From assembly GCA_030704615.1 (NCBI GenBank), contig CM060732.1:25110001-25174000 (forward strand): a DNA stretch of 64,000 bases. The letters are read 5' to 3'. Positions within the stretch are counted from its first letter, which is position 1, and each line of letters begins with the position of its first letter. A model generated the notes under the pieces. The model was not told where the DNA came from. It saw only the letters and a list, made by a program, of their open reading frames with translations, and did not search any database. Of the stretch, positions 26,401-37,995 are shown piece after piece. A program made the translations under genes and the position numbers. This DNA comes from Takakia lepidozioides. Taxonomy: Eukaryota > Plantae > Bryophyta.

Positions 26401-27415
26401 AACCCTTCCCAAAAGGCTGCCGGCATGGGAGGCATCTCTTGGTTTGTCGGAGCTCTCAAGGATTCCTCGGGCTCCGACTCCTCGGATTCCTCCCGCTCTT
26501 GAGCGGCCTCGTTTTCGGAAACATGCATCGCTTCCTCAAACGGCCGCCTCGGTGACACGTCGCCCCCATCGGGCTCACCAGGATCATCATCTTTTGGGCC
26601 GTTCCGCTTTCGCTTTGGCTTGCCCGACCCCATGATGAGGCCAATCCCAAGGACGATCGCGTACTGAACTCTAAGCTCTGATACCAAGTGTCGCGCACCT
26701 CACTTCGGTAAACTCCCCTTCAAGTCATAGTTACTCGCTTTGATGCGCGCGCCTGACTCCCAACCTGGCCGCCGGGCCAACTTGGAGCTTCGGCTGCTCA
26801 CCAGGACATAACGGTCCCCCTTCGCTCCCCCACTAAACCCTCCACCTATTTGGGCCTAGTGGAATTCCCTTTGGTAGATGGCAGTCCGGAACAGCTCCCC
26901 ACTCTTTGGTCGCTTTCCGGCACGCTCACTCACTCACTAGTTTTTGGTCACCAACGGGCTTGCACCGTTCTCGGGGTTACTACTCCCTATATATACTTCT
27001 GTAGCTGTCCGCGGGGGTTTCACAACCAGCCATGCCATTTTATGGCGAACCACCACGAAAACCCTCGACTCCCGGTGATGAGTCGCGGTGAGTCTTGGCC
27101 CACTCATCACGGCCCCTATGGACCGTGATGAGTCCCAAGACTCCCCACGACTCCCACCACGAGGTCTCCGCCCCCATGGTGAGTCCTATGCCACCCCCAC
27201 TAAGTCCCGCTAAGCTACCACCACCTCTTGTGGAGCCACCCCCACCGCAACCCGGTGTGCGGGGCTCCACCTAGTGAGCGCCTCCGCCTCCTTGAATGCC
27301 TTGGGGCACTCAAGGGTGCTTCAGCCCCCCATACCTACCGCTGCCGCTGCCCCCACCACAGGGGCAGCCCCTCATGTGTCCCGACCCCCTGCCCTCAAGG
27401 CAAAGGGTCGCGACA
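20441..27415 (-). mobile_element. Full-length chromovirus (Ty3/Gypsy) with disabled ORFs
   Basis: LTRs 20441-21166 and 26689-27415 (TG..CA, about 11 differences by eye), TSD GGCAC (20436-20440 / 27416-27420), tRNA-iMet PBS TGGTATCAGAGC 26675-26686, PPT 21167-21178. Confidence 0.97.
22068..26687 (-). pseudogene. Chromovirus gag-pol: gag, CCHC, protease, RT, RNase H, integrase, chromodomain
   Basis: CFNCGEPGHMAKKC, LVDTGAS, YIDD, HTDASD, HDSPLAGH..CTTC, GPF, EYEVEAIL..YLVKWKGY..SW. Two frameshifts (about 24995 and 24560) and in-frame stops at 23554 and 22207. Confidence 0.93.
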
Positions 27416-27420
27416 GGCAC

Positions 27421-27909
27421 ATTCTCCAAGATATATGCGGGGGAGTCTATCTGCTGAAGCTGTAAATAGCGCAGGACCCTCAACATCTCCCAAAACAGGC
27501 GTGACCTTGAGTCTTGTAATCCATTGCCATGCCCGGCTGATGAGTGCCCTTGGCAGGGCCAACCTGCCACTACCAAGTGAATAAGGCCAACCCGCTCCAA
27601 ATCATGCGCCCCCAGCAAAGAGATGTCTGCTGGCAAGGCTTGTTGGTATCCACGAACTGCAGACACTGGCAACAAATCATGGTACTGCTGCACCAACTGA
27701 GCAACATGGTGCAGTGAGATGCGTCGTGAAGTCTCATCCCTCTCCACATACAGATAACGTCGAACTTGTACACCTGCTTGCAGTACTGCAGCCAATGCAG
27801 TGCTGATCCCGCCAAACAAGTCCAGAAGGCATATGCCTTCATCCGGGCACTGCCATACAAGAGGTGTGGTGTCCAATGGTGACAACTGAGGTGGTCCTGG
27901 TGCAATCAC
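27421..27909 (-). pseudogene. DNMT3-like C5 cytosine methyltransferase domain, N-terminal half (motifs I-VI)
   Basis: LLDLFGGI (I), YVERD (II), DI (III), VAGWPCQG (IV, catalytic PC), SRLFWE (V), ILENVP (VI). Confidence 0.9.
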
Positions 27910-30900
27910 TGCACTCTCCTCCTCTCCTGACAGTACAAAGGCCTCTACCCAGGCTTATTGCACCCGTCTATCAGCAGCCTGCTGCAAATCCTTGTTCGTA
28001 CCCCACAATGGAGTGTGAGCAACCATGGCAGACAACTCCGCCATACCATGCATGTCATCTTGCTTTGCTGGAGATGGCACATCCTCTACATGGGCATTGC
28101 CCTCCAGCAACTCTCCAGGCCAACTAACTGCAGCTGTGAAAGCTGCTAGTGTTGGCATCTTGCCCCGCTGGGTAGCAGCAACACCCCCAATGAATGTCAT
28201 AGGGAGCTGTACACGACGACCATCACCTGACTGCCATCCAGGCCTATAGGATGCTGACTCCTCCCAAAAATCCAGGGTGAAGCCCATGGGATATAACACT
28301 GCCCCACCAACGAGGACATCGTAAGAGACCGCATCTGTCACAATGGCCTTGGCTCACATCACTGAGCCATCTATAGGATGATCCGGTTGTAGTCTAATGG
28401 CCAACTCACGCCGTGTCATGCCCCAAGCCCGCTCTGATCCTCCCAGAGATGTCTGTATCTGGAAAAGACAAGGCTCCATATCCGCCTCCATGAGGCCCAA
28501 ACCTGCAATAGCAGCTCTGCCCAACATCAATGACTGAGCTCCCGAGTCCAACAAGACCCGCAGTGGCCGGTACGTCTTGCCTGCCGGTCCACTCAAAGAG
28601 AAAATGTCATCCTGGTTGTCTAACAAGACAACTTCATGTGTCACCATGGCGCGCTCAAAGGCTGGCCTAGCTGGTAGTTCCGTCAACCTGACAGCTGCAA
28701 CTTGCCATGGCGCAGCCGTGACAGCCTTGACCCTCAAATCCAAGGATCCCTCTACCACTACACCTTCCACTAACTCCGCAGAAGATGAAGTGACATCCCC
28801 ACTCTCACAGAGTGTTGCTGTTAGTCTGAGTACTGCAGCTGGTCTTACCCCCGACGTTGCAATCATGGTTGCCGAGAACAGTGGGGCCTGACACACCGAG
28901 GTGGCCACCCCCAACAGCACACTGGCTGCACTAGCCTTGGCAGCAGGTGTCGGCGCTGCATGTGTAGCTCTCCCCAATGGCACAATAACCTATGCCTCGG
29001 TATCCGTGGGGCGAGAACTAGGTGCCATGGATGGCGTCGACACTGTCTCCGCCAAGATGAATGATTGAGGCAACCTAGCTTGACGGCTTGCCTCCCCACG
29101 CTGTGGATCCAACTCCACCTCTACACCTCATGGCTCAGGAACTCGTGCTGCTCCTCGAGTGACGGCTGCAGCAGACTCCACCTGCACTAGTGGTAGTGCT
29201 GCCCCACACATAAATCTCATGCCTCCCATGTCTCTTCCGTCAGGATGACGCTACTGAGGAGGAACAAGAGGTGGACCCTCAGGTCTTGGAGCTGGTACCA
29301 CCTGAGCTGTGGCCATGGCAGCAAGCCTTTGCTCTAGTTGCTGAAGCCGGTTGGCCATGCCTTGGTCAACGCCCTGACCTCCACGTCCTTGACCATACTG
29401 TGCTTGCCCTCGTCCTGCACCTCATGCCTGACCACCTCGTCCTCTCTGAGGTGCTCCACCTTGCCCTCGGCCACCATTTTTCTCTTGGAACTGGCCTCGC
29501 CGCAACTCAGGATGCAAGTCATAACATTGGGCATCTCTATGCTCATACTTGCTACAATGCCCACACTGCAACTGTGCAGGCTGTGCTTGTGCCGGCCCTT
29601 TGCCACTCTCTGGGCAATCTTTCTTGACATAGGATCTTCTACATGTCCAACATACCACCCCTGGTTGCTGTTGGCCTGCAAAAGATGCTACTGGCCTCTG
29701 CACCTGAGGTCCCCTGTAAGCTCCATAGAATTTGGGTTGGGCAACCTTGCCCCCCTGACCACGCTGTTGGGCAGTCCCTTGTGCCTATTGGCTGACAGCT
29801 GCGCCTCGTGCAGACATGTCCTTGCCAAATCCAATGGTAATAACTTGCTCCTCCACCATGTTGAGCTCAATCCGCTCAGCCAGCAGAAACACATCTGCTA
29901 ATGTGGGTTGGGCCGCTTGTAACAGGGTTGCATCCCGCACCCTTCTCCTGAGCTCCTTGTCCAAAATTCCATACCAGAACTGGACTGCCTGAGCTTCAGT
30001 AACCCCTTGGGTCACACTTATCAAGCGCCTCATACGAGTGTAGGCCTCTTGCAAGCTTTCACTGGATTTGCGCTAGAAGTCTTGCAAACTTCGCAGTTTC
30101 TCTGTCCGTACGCCTTGATAGTTCCTCCGCAACTCCTGGAAGAACTCCACCACCGGGTTGAATTTAGGTACATATGTTGTAGTCATGGCAGGAGGAGTAG
30201 TAGCACCTTTTGAACTGGTACCACCTGCAGAAGTACCGGTACTACTTGTTCCACTACTAGTGCTGGTAGTGGGACATATTGGTGCTGATGCAGCTACTGG
30301 TCGCGTCGTGCCTCGAGTAATAGAGACGTAGTCAGGTGACCAATACATCCTCCACTCCTCAATCTCTGCTTCATGTCCTCGCCTGAACTCGTGGTAATCG
30401 TCCATAGGCGGGTCTTCCAAATGCTGGAACAGTCCCTTCCACACCATGAATGGGGTGAACACCTGTGGATTGCGCAGCTACTGCAAATCACACCAGCTGT
30501 CGAACTCCTGGATAAAGTCATCCAGCTCGATTGTGCCCACAGCTCCAGAGTACCTACGAGGCCCCTTGGTAGCTCCATACACCTCCTCCATGTCGTCCCA
30601 CAATAATGGCGAAGAAAACTGCATACCTGTTGATGAAACCTCCGAGTCTGTGTCAGACTCTACACTAGTTGAGAGTGGAGGTGAAGGTGGTCTAAACCGA
30701 ACACCTCGTCTTGTGACCCCACTCTCACTTCTACTGCCTGTAGCCGTACTCCCCTCAAAACCCTTGGGTAACTCCGTGATGACACTCACAACCCGCACCT
30801 CCCCCACGTGACACTATAAGGCTCTAGTACTAATTCTAATAGTGATACGGTGGGGCACCTGTTGCAGTTTAAGGGTCATATCCCAGTGGCTCAGGGCACC

Positions 30901-31495
30901 TGCACCTGCATCCACCGCAAGAACTCCTATGGTTGGCTGGTCATCAACCCAGTCTCACCATAGAAGAAACACTGGTGGTTTTGCTGGTCATCACTCCAGC
31001 CTCACCACCGACAGCATACTCTAGGATTGACCGGTGATCAAATCCGGCCTAATCCCTATGAAAGCAAGCGCCCACACAAAACCAACATGGCGCACAGTCA
31101 AGCATGCAGGTATTGGGGGGGATCCAAACACAAGAAATCAAAACATCAACACCCCCACACCAAAATCCCTCCGCAATACTGCTCCTGCAGAATACCCCAG
31201 CCCTGGACTGACTCTTGCCTCCACCTATGGAAAGGTTTTGGCCTATCGAGAGGGTGGAAAGCTATGGGGAGGAGAGACTAAAGCAATTCCTAAACCCGGC
31301 ATGCCCTCATCCCGACACTCTCCATTTCCTCTCTAGCCATACACTAATGTCAAAGAGTGACAGGTGTGTTACAAATAGAAAGTTAAGTGATCATCCCTGA
31401 CTTACCAATGACTTTGAATTGTGCAAGTATTTCCATCCTTCATGTCCCTTAAAGAAAATATCGTCAGGGCCGAATTTTTGCGTTGACAAATTGTT

Positions 31496-34400
31496 CTAGG
31501 CCGCATGAAACCATGAACAAATTTGAGAATCTTTTTGCATCATAACTTTTGCTTCATATAGGTACATATGAGGTGGCACTGAAGGTAAGACCCAATGATC
31601 CCCACTGGAATAACCCAAAAAGTGCGATTGCATTTTGTGCTGCTCAATGTGGTAACGTACCAGAAAACAAGCAGCGTAGTATACCCCACAGCCCATGACA
31701 ATACTTGCTACCTCCTTGGTCTTGGTATAAATGAATCCATGTACAACTTGGAAGGCAATTAATTCCTTCAACATGGTACTTGCCTCATGCCAGTACTACG
31801 CAAAGTGATGATCCTCAATGGATCGATTGTTTGGAAGAACCTTAGTTCTAGTTGCCACTGGCAGCCAAATGCGCATGATTTGATAGTAATGTGCCAATGA
31901 TTGCGGAGGACTAAATTCTTTCCAAGCCAAATCCAACACAATGGGAATTTGGTTGAAGGGCATAATCATAGCCCTACTGTACTCCCTTGCAGCTGGAGTT
32001 TTAGGTGGGTTAAAAGCAGCATTCCCCCATACCTCAGGCTGTGGTGTGGTTGTAGTAACAACAGGGTCAGCTCTTGGCATAGTGACTTGTTGTGGTGTTG
32101 GTGGCACTGGCTCTTGTACCATTGGCATCTCCTGCACCTCCTGTGAAGAAGACTGAAAAGCCAAAGTTCTCGCTTTTAAATAAGAAGCCATTAGCTGTTC
32201 CTCAGGTACACAGACTCTGTTGTCGATATTTGAAGTGAGGTCCTCCACTTGAGTCTGCAGTCCGTCTACATCCTCCTGTAACTCCGCTATTCTACTATAG
32301 ACATTGTCTATAGTAGTTGTGGCAATGTTCTGCACTTGCAGTCTGAGCTCATTTATCTCGCTTTGGGTGAGCTTTCGTGGTGTTTTGCCCTCCACTGGCC
32401 CTTGTGCTAACCAGACCTGCATAAGGTGGTTATCCACTAAGTTGCTTGTGGTACCTCTGAGAGTTTGCTCCTCTCTGAGTTTGTACATATCTAACTGCTG
32501 TTGTAAAGCCTCCATGCGCTTTGCATGAGGTTCAACCAAATTCGCATAGGCAGCAAACAGATTATTGGTTTCCTTCCAAGCCTTGTTAGTGACAGAGATT
32601 TCATTTCTATTGGCCATGATTATTTGTTGCAACTCCAGTATGTGTCTCTCTTGGTCAACTTCAACCTGTCTGTATTGCTTGAAAGTATCCTCATTGCGAC
32701 AGATTGTATTCTTCATATCGACAATGAGTTTCACTTGCTCAACATTTTCTCCCTCTGCCTTCGTACATCTTTCCGCTTGACTGTTTATTTCTGTTGTAGA
32801 TTGGTCAAGCATAGTTGTGAGTGTAGCACATTGGATGGCCATCCTGTCATGCAATGTCTGCAACTCCGTATGTAGTGCATTCACTTGTTGCAACTTGCTT
32901 TCATGCTTCACTTGCATTTGGTATAGATGTTGCTTATGTGCTTCGTGCAACTGGTCTTGCGCGAGGCCTGCCTCAATCAATTGTTCCTTGGCCAATTGCA
33001 AAGCCGCTTCTGTACTCTCCAAGTCTGGCTGCATCTTGAGAGTGACCTCTTCATCGACCTTATTTGCACACTCTGTGGCAAGTCGAGCCTCAAACTCCTT
33101 CCTGAGTTCCTCCCTCAAAGCTGCCAATTGAGTAGTGGGAACATGTGATTTGACATAAGTACCCAACAAATTAAGTGTCTTGTTTATGGAACTCATAAGC
33201 ATCGCTTGTTGAGGGTCATCTTGGTGAGCTTGCTGCTATTCTCCCTGATCCTCAACATTGTGATGCCTTACGAACCACTCAGGCCATTGCCCCACCAGAT
33301 TTTCTTCCTGAACCACTCCATCCGTCACTAGTGCTGCAGTGTCTTGGCATTCTTCCTGTGGTACCTCCGTCACAGGTGTGTGTATTATATGCGCCGCAGG
33401 GTTTCCCCTGGACAACCGTGGCACCTCCGGAATCATTGTGTCCTTGACCATACCAGAATATTCATAGAGAAGGTCCCCCTTCTCAATTTCTGCCACCACC
33501 TGTTCTGTAGTGGGAATATCTAACCATTCTTTTTCTAAATCAATTATTTCTGGTTGAACTGCATGGACAACTTGTGGTAACTTTGTGACAAGCCGATCAT
33601 CTGGCTGTGATGGCTGTGATACTGAAGTAACTTCCTCTTCCCTCTCTGAAGGTCCTGCTTCCAGTAATAGCAGTTCTATGTGCTGCTGTGCCCCTTCCTG
33701 CACAAGAGCTTGGGAAACATTATCATGTGGATTCCGTGAAGCCAGTGGATCCGCCACTACAGTCTTTCCCCGTCTCTGTCTCTTAGTCTCGGGTTGCCCT
33801 GCCAGTCCACCCTCACTGTGTGAAGAGCCTTGCTCTTCCATTGCAGTGGTTTCTGGCTCAAACACTCCCATCTCCTTTCTTTCTCGCGCATCAAGTATGC
33901 CAGAATCAAGAATTATTTGAGCAATGATTGGGCCAGACACTATGATAGGAGACTTTGCGGCAGTACCCTGTAATCTTTTCATCTCCTCTACCAGTGCGTT
34001 GTACATTATGTCCGCCCATTCTACCTCTTCTCCTCTCAGGGCTTTGAGTATTTCTTCTGTGAAGGATATGCTCAAATACTGTTGGTTCTGTTTCATGGCA
34101 AACAGAACGTTCAATACCTGGCCTACCTCCCTTAGCCCTGGGTACACGGCCTTGGTACAAGCATAACCCTGAGTTTTAAAGAAACTCCCTTCTTGGAATA
34201 AGTCCCCTATTTGCAGTCTTGCCCTGTGCTCCTCCACATGCACCTGGCCTGCTGGCAATCGAAACAATTGCTGTAGGTATAGGGGAGTAATTAGTAATTC
34301 AACTCCCTTCACCGTTGTTGCTCCTGTCCTTGGCTCAAAGTTCTGCAAGAATTGTAACATGTACTGTCTATGGTGCAATGTCCAATCTTTGCTTTGCAAT

Positions 34401-35014
34401 CCTTCCAATCGCAGCTCTTTCAGTAACTTCACCGCCTGTGGAGTAGCAATCGTTTGTTTCTGCAGTATTGTGGTGCTCTTCACCCTGATTTCTTCCATTC
34501 CTCTCACTCTCTTCATTCTAGACACACAGAAATATTTTGGCTGTAACAATTGAAGAAATGCCTATAATGCACAAAGCATAAACGTATGGTTGCCACAAAA
34601 AGCTATGGGTAATTTCTTGTAATCCTCCGGGGCTTGCAAGCATCGATCAAGAGAAAAAATCCGTTCTGTTCTTTCGTCCCTATGCCACTGCGTAAGTAAT
34701 ATTGCAAGCGTATAGTCTGTTAGTTCCTCCATAGCTTCAAAGCTATCGCATTGATGGTTTGTCCCGTCGCGACGCCCGTTACTTAGAACGACGCCGACTC
34801 TTGCGCTTAATTTCCCTCCAATTTCTTGATCCCTTCTCTGGCTTTCGATTGGCTGTAACCGCTGTGACTGGATTTTAGATTTAATTTTCTTTAGTGGACT
34901 TTCCCTGCTGGACTGTCCACTAGGATAACACATGTGACAAGAATTTCGCTTTTCTGTACTTGTTGTTTGTTCTGTTGCCCCTTTTCTGTATTCATTAATG
35001 GGCCCGCCATTCAT
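31496..35014 (-). pseudogene. Extra 3' ORF of about 1170 codons: plant-transposon-type N-terminal domain, acidic linker, coiled coil
   Basis: ORFs 34562-35014, 33236-34549, 31796-33202 and 31496-31774 share one frame and are separated only by TAG stops; copy 3 has Gln at the first stop. Confidence 0.75.
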
Positions 35015-35224
35015 CCAAATTGACGCGCTGATTAGGTATTTTGACGTCTTGTCCTCTTTCTTGATGAGATCTGTTCTTGCACTTCCTTCTCAGCTGTGTG
35101 TTGCGCCCTGACTTCCACGTGTCCCTTTCTAAACTGACTTCCGTCCTTTCTTCCGCCGGCCATTTCCCTGAAGTTATCCTACGTCCACCTGTCACTGATT
35201 CTATGGATTGTGTAACCCTAGTAG

Positions 35225-35430
35225 GCTGTATTAAGCTGTGACAGGCTGTGTCATACTGTGGTATGCCGTGATAGGTTGTGATACACTGTGGTAAGTTGTG
35301 ATAGGCTGTGACACGCTGGGGTAGGTTGTGATATGCTCTGTCGCGCCTTGATGGGCTGTGATAGGCTGTGTCGTGCCTTGATGGGCTGTGATAGGCTGTG
35401 TCGCGCCTTGATGGGCTGTGATAGGCTGTG
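35225..35430. repeat. GGCTGTGATA-based 10/30-bp tandem repeat; related runs at 42410-42650 and 40684-40805
   Basis: Direct reading; translates as RDTAYHSPS repeats in the integrase tail. Confidence 0.9.
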
Positions 35431-37995
35431 TCGCGCTTGTTCTGCCCGCCCCGGTCATATATGCTCGGCCTAGCGACAAGTGCTCCATATTCCGTTGGTA
35501 ACACTGGCGCAGCCCGTGACGGCTTTTGCGTTTCAACATGCAAATCATGCTGTAATGGTTTGTCATGGATACCACTGTACCCCTTCAACTTATTGGCATT
35601 GACTCTTCCCAACATTTCTTTGTTAATGGTTTGTAACATGGCGGTGTTGTTATCATACATCTTTTGTATGACATAAGGTCCTTTCCATGGTGATTTAAGC
35701 TTAGAAGCTTTAATCTTTCCCTTCTTCTGCAACCATAGAACCAAATTTCCCGTTTTAAAAGTCTTTAACTTGCCTTCATTAAACTGTTCCTTCCTCTTCA
35801 TCTGAATTCTGGTCATATTATCAGCTGCATCAGCACGTACTTCTTCCACATGGTATAATTTATGTGTCCTGACCTTAATGGAATCTTGCAATTCCATTCT
35901 CTTTCCCCATTCCGTTCTCATGGTAGGTAACAGGAATTCCACTGGAAGTAAAGCTTCCATACCATAAACTAATTAGAATGGTGTATACTTAGTGGTGACT
36001 TTATATGAAGTCATGTATGACCACAAAGCTGTCAGCAGCTTTGTATCCCAATCCGTTTTGTTTGCATTGACTATCTTAGCCAAGATAATACATAGTATTT
36101 TGTTGGTAGCCTCTGCCTGCCCATTACCCTGTGGGTAATATGTTGTACTCTTCCTATGCACAATCATGAACTCTTTAGTCAATAATTCAATGGTCTCATT
36201 AATGAAGTGACTTCCCTGATCACTGATAAATTCCAAGGGACAGCCAAATCGTGTAAGTATGTTCTCATACATGAACCTTGTTGTGGACTTGGCTGTGTTG
36301 TCCCTCAAAGCTTTAGCTTCCACCCACTCCATAGTATAATCAGTGGCTGTAATTATGTACTTGTTCTGTGTATTCTTGGCTGGTGGGTTAATTGGTCCAA
36401 CAAAGTCTAGTCCCCATTTCTGAAATGGTTCGGTAGGCATTGTAGGATGCAAAGCCATCTTCCCAGATCTCTGCAAAGGTCCTAGCCTCTGACATTCATC
36501 ACAACTCTGACAATACTTGTGTACATCTTTGAACAAAGTAGGCCACCAGAAACCTGCATGTAGTATTTTCCTGCTGGTAGTCTCTTCTCCAAAATGACCT
36601 CCTGCCACTCATTTATGAACTTCCTCCAAAACTTTATTAACTTCATGGTGGTATAAGCATCGCTTCAGCACTCCATCTGGTCCTAGCTTATACATTTTGC
36701 TCCCTACCATAGTGTAAGGTAGAGCCTTGATAGCAATTCTCTTTCTCTGCTCCTTTCCATAACTTGGTGGGTACTGACCATGAGCAAGGTAGTATCTGAT
36801 TGGCCACTGCCAATCTAACCAGTCATCTGCACTTCCCTGCACCTTCACTGCAAATAGACTCGCATCTAGTAATTGATCATCTACTCCCGTGGCTGGTTCT
36901 CCTGTTGATAACCGTGACAAGTGATCCGCCACAAGATGCAGCCTCCCAGGCTTGTAAACAACCTCGAACTCAAACTCGTGCAAGATTATCAACCATTATC
37001 AGATGTTTGTTTACCAGGTATATCAGAGCCTAGTGATCCACATAGAACATAAACTTCTTGCCCAACAGGTAATGCCTGAATTTCTTCACTGCATAGATCA
37101 TTGCCAATGCTTCTCTTTCCGTTGTGCTATAATTTCTTTCGGCATTGTTCATCAATCGGCTAGCATAGTACACAGGTGAATCTATCCTTCCTGTTACATT
37201 TTGGGCTAACACTGCTCCTAGTGCTTCTCCAGAAGCATCACAGTGAACATGAAATATTTCCTGCCAGTGAGGACTAATCAGCACAGATGTAGTTGTTACT
37301 GACAATGTAAGTTCCTCAAAAGCCTGTTGACATTCAGGTGTCCATGCAAACACTGGATCTTTCTTCAAAAGTTTGCTCAATGGTGCTGCTATCTGTGCAT
37401 ACCGTCTGAAAAATCTTCTGTAATAGCTTGTTTGTCCAAGGAATCTCCTTAGACTCTTAACATTCACTGGTGGTGGAGAGGCTTTCATGGCCTCTGTTTT
37501 CCTGGGATCCACAAGAAGTCCCCTCTTACACACAATGTGTCCCAGAAACACCCCTGAGTTCACACATAAAGTACACTTCTTTGGATTCAGGCCTAGACCT
37601 CTCATCCTGCATCAGGCCAGACATAACTCCAATTTATGCAAGTGCTCATTCTTAGAGCTGTACACACTGAAATCATCCAAGAATACCTGCATGAAATCAT
37701 CCAGATAATCATGAAAAGATTCACTTATCACTCTCTGAAAGGTCGCTGGTGCATTACAAAGTCCAAAGGGCATGACTTTGTATGCATAAGCACCCAAGTC
37801 TGTGATGAAAGCCGTCTTTCCCTGGTCTTCTTCTGCCACTTGCACTTGATTATAACCATTGAAGCCATCCATGAATGAGTACATCTCATGGCCTGCCACA
37901 GTGTCTAATACTGCTTCTGTGAATGGCAAAGGGAAAGGATCTTTCTTCGTACAAGCATTCAGCTTCTTGTAGTTCACACAAACTCTTAGTCTTAA

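Larger units (their letters stand above)
17342..31373 (-). mobile_element. Degenerate Ty3/Gypsy retrotransposon: gag-CCHC-protease-DNMT3-RT-(RNase H and integrase core deleted)-integrase tail-PHD
   Basis: Gag 30810-29690, knuckle CGHCSKYEHRDAQC about 29550, protease VLLDSGA about 28550, C5-MTase 27830-27421 plus 20440-19930, RT 19503-18870 ([21 protein letters not shown]), PHD 18356-18500. Interrupted by 20441-27415; 5' boundary uncertain. Confidence 0.85.
31374..37990 (-). mobile_element. Ty3/Gypsy fragment (family C, copy 1): RT-RNase H-integrase plus long extra 3' ORF
   Basis: RT FLDD (37612-37977), RNase H VHCDASG (37030-37605), integrase GGHFG..CDEC..WGLDFVGP (35973-36608), tail with WKGPY; extra ORF 35014-31496. 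Truncated at both ends. Confidence 0.9.

Noticed and set aside
31030-31373. 5' LTR and PBS of the DNMT3 element
   Set aside because: No similarity to 17342-18094 and no convincing tRNA-complementary PBS.
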